Positions 55,540 through 56,264 of a DNA stretch of 56,264 bases are shown one piece after another. Origin of the DNA: a virus (Duplodnaviria > Caudoviricetes); the IMG/VR virus record IMGVR_UViG_3300025127_000046, positions 1 through 56,264 of that record, one strand, 5' to 3'. How positions within the stretch are numbered: the first letter of the stretch is position 1; every line of letters begins with the position of its first letter. The notes beneath the pieces were generated by a model. It did no database searches, was not told the DNA's origin, and saw only the letters and a program-made list of their open reading frames with translations. The position numbers and the translations under genes are program-made.

Positions 55540-56145
55540 ATGGCAGATTTTGGATGGGCATATTTATCTGGGGCAGTAACTGGTGAAGGACCGGCAAAAA
55601 GCATACAGTATTTGAAAGCAACTAACGGTGAATTAACCGGTAGTTCTAAATTTACATTTGATCAAAGCACAAATAAGCTGTTCTTGACCGGAACAATGAT
55701 AATCAGCGGAACCATTCAAGCACTTACGTTTGACGTAATCCACACAAATAAAATAGAATTGCAATCTTCGGGTAGCAGTAATTTTGGTAACGATAGCGGC
55801 GACACACATGTTTTTACAGGGAGCGTTTCTATAGTTTCTGGTGCTTTTAGGAATCATTACAAAAGACTAACAACGACCTCATACACAGCTAGTGCCTATG
55901 ACTCAATAATTGGAGTTAGCGCCAGTGCGGCTGTGTCTATAAAGTTGCCATCGGCAGCAAGCGCTTATGGTAGAGTTCTTATAATAAAAGACGAATGGTC
56001 TTTTACCAGAACAAACCCAAAAGCGATCGGAATTACGGCCTCCTCTGGTCAAAAAATAGACCATGCGGATAATTATGGTATCACTGGAGATAATGCTGCT
56101 CTCAGTTTATACTCGGATGGTGTTTCCAAGTGGTTCATCTATTAG
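55540..56145 (+). CDS. Fibre/decoration-like structural protein
   Basis: SSGSSNFGNDSGDTHVFTGS and IKLPSA...GRVLIIKDE...LYSDGVSKWFIY fibre-type motifs. Confidence 0.6.
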   Translation: MADFGWAYLSGAVTGEGPAKSIQYLKATNGELTGSSKFTFDQSTNKLFLTGTMIISGTIQALTFDVIHTNKIELQSSGSSNFGNDSGDTHVFTGSVSIVSGAFRNHYKRLTTTSYTASAYDSIIGVSASAAVSIKLPSAASAYGRVLIIKDEWSFTRTNPKAIGITASSGQKIDHADNYGITGDNAALSLYSDGVSKWFIY

Positions 56146-56159
56146 CAGGAGGCTAATTT

Positions 56160-56264
56160 ATGGGTTACAATGTTTTAAGCGGAAGCGTCTCAGTAACACA
56201 TCTAACAAGTGTTAGCGGCTCTTTCATTGGAGACGGATCACAGCTAGAAAATGTTGAGCAGTTT
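56160..56264 (+). CDS. Fibre-like protein, 3'-truncated
   Basis: MGYNVLSGS...SGSFIGDGSQLENV; AGGAGG RBS; runs off the window end. Confidence 0.6.
   Translation, partial: MGYNVLSGSVSVTHLTSVSGSFIGDGSQLENVEQF

Noticed and set aside
20-55857. Minus-strand ORFs and short alternative-frame plus-strand ORFs in the track
   Set aside because: They lie within longer, motif-bearing + strand genes and show no recognisable motifs; treated as shadow ORFs.
1-56264. Alternative genetic code (stop-codon reassignment)
   Set aside because: Core genes are full length in the standard code, and TAA, TAG and TGA all end genes at sensible coupled boundaries.
1-56264. tRNA/rRNA genes, major capsid protein, tail sheath
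   Set aside because: Intergenic gaps are too short or lack tRNA features, and no gp23 or gp18 motifs were recognised; these probably lie outside the window.

Overview
A 56-kb segment of a large, AT-rich T4-like myovirus (probably jumbo-class) genome. All credible genes are on the + strand, tightly packed and often translationally coupled, in the standard genetic code. Gene order: FmdB-like Zn ribbon and gp55-like late sigma factor; a ~32-kb baseplate/tail block (gp5-position M23 peptidase, gp25, gp6, giant LamG protein, tail-collar-like paralogues); sigma70-driven genes (RuvC-like resolvase, UvsE, seven tandem small SH3/KOW-like genes, primase, fused SbcD-SbcC); a lysis-like/accessory island; then terminase large subunit, portal, prohead protease, ribosomal protein bS21 and the start of fibre-like genes. 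Most notable: (1) the SH3-like minigene array is joined by a conserved ~30-bp dual-coding junction repeat; (2) seven or more otherwise unrelated proteins, including a putative ADP-ribosyltransferase-fold protein, share an N-terminal 'MKxTxxxLKxIIKEE' leader that may be a capsid-targeting tag cleaved by the prohead protease; (3) a homologue of the myxobacterial gliding protein CglF/GltF; (4) an unannotated 26-aa, 8-Cys metallothionein-like ORF; (5) a candidate late promoter CTAWTTA whose best copies are the T4 TATAAATA element in inverted orientation. All family calls come from motif recognition by eye; no database search was run.
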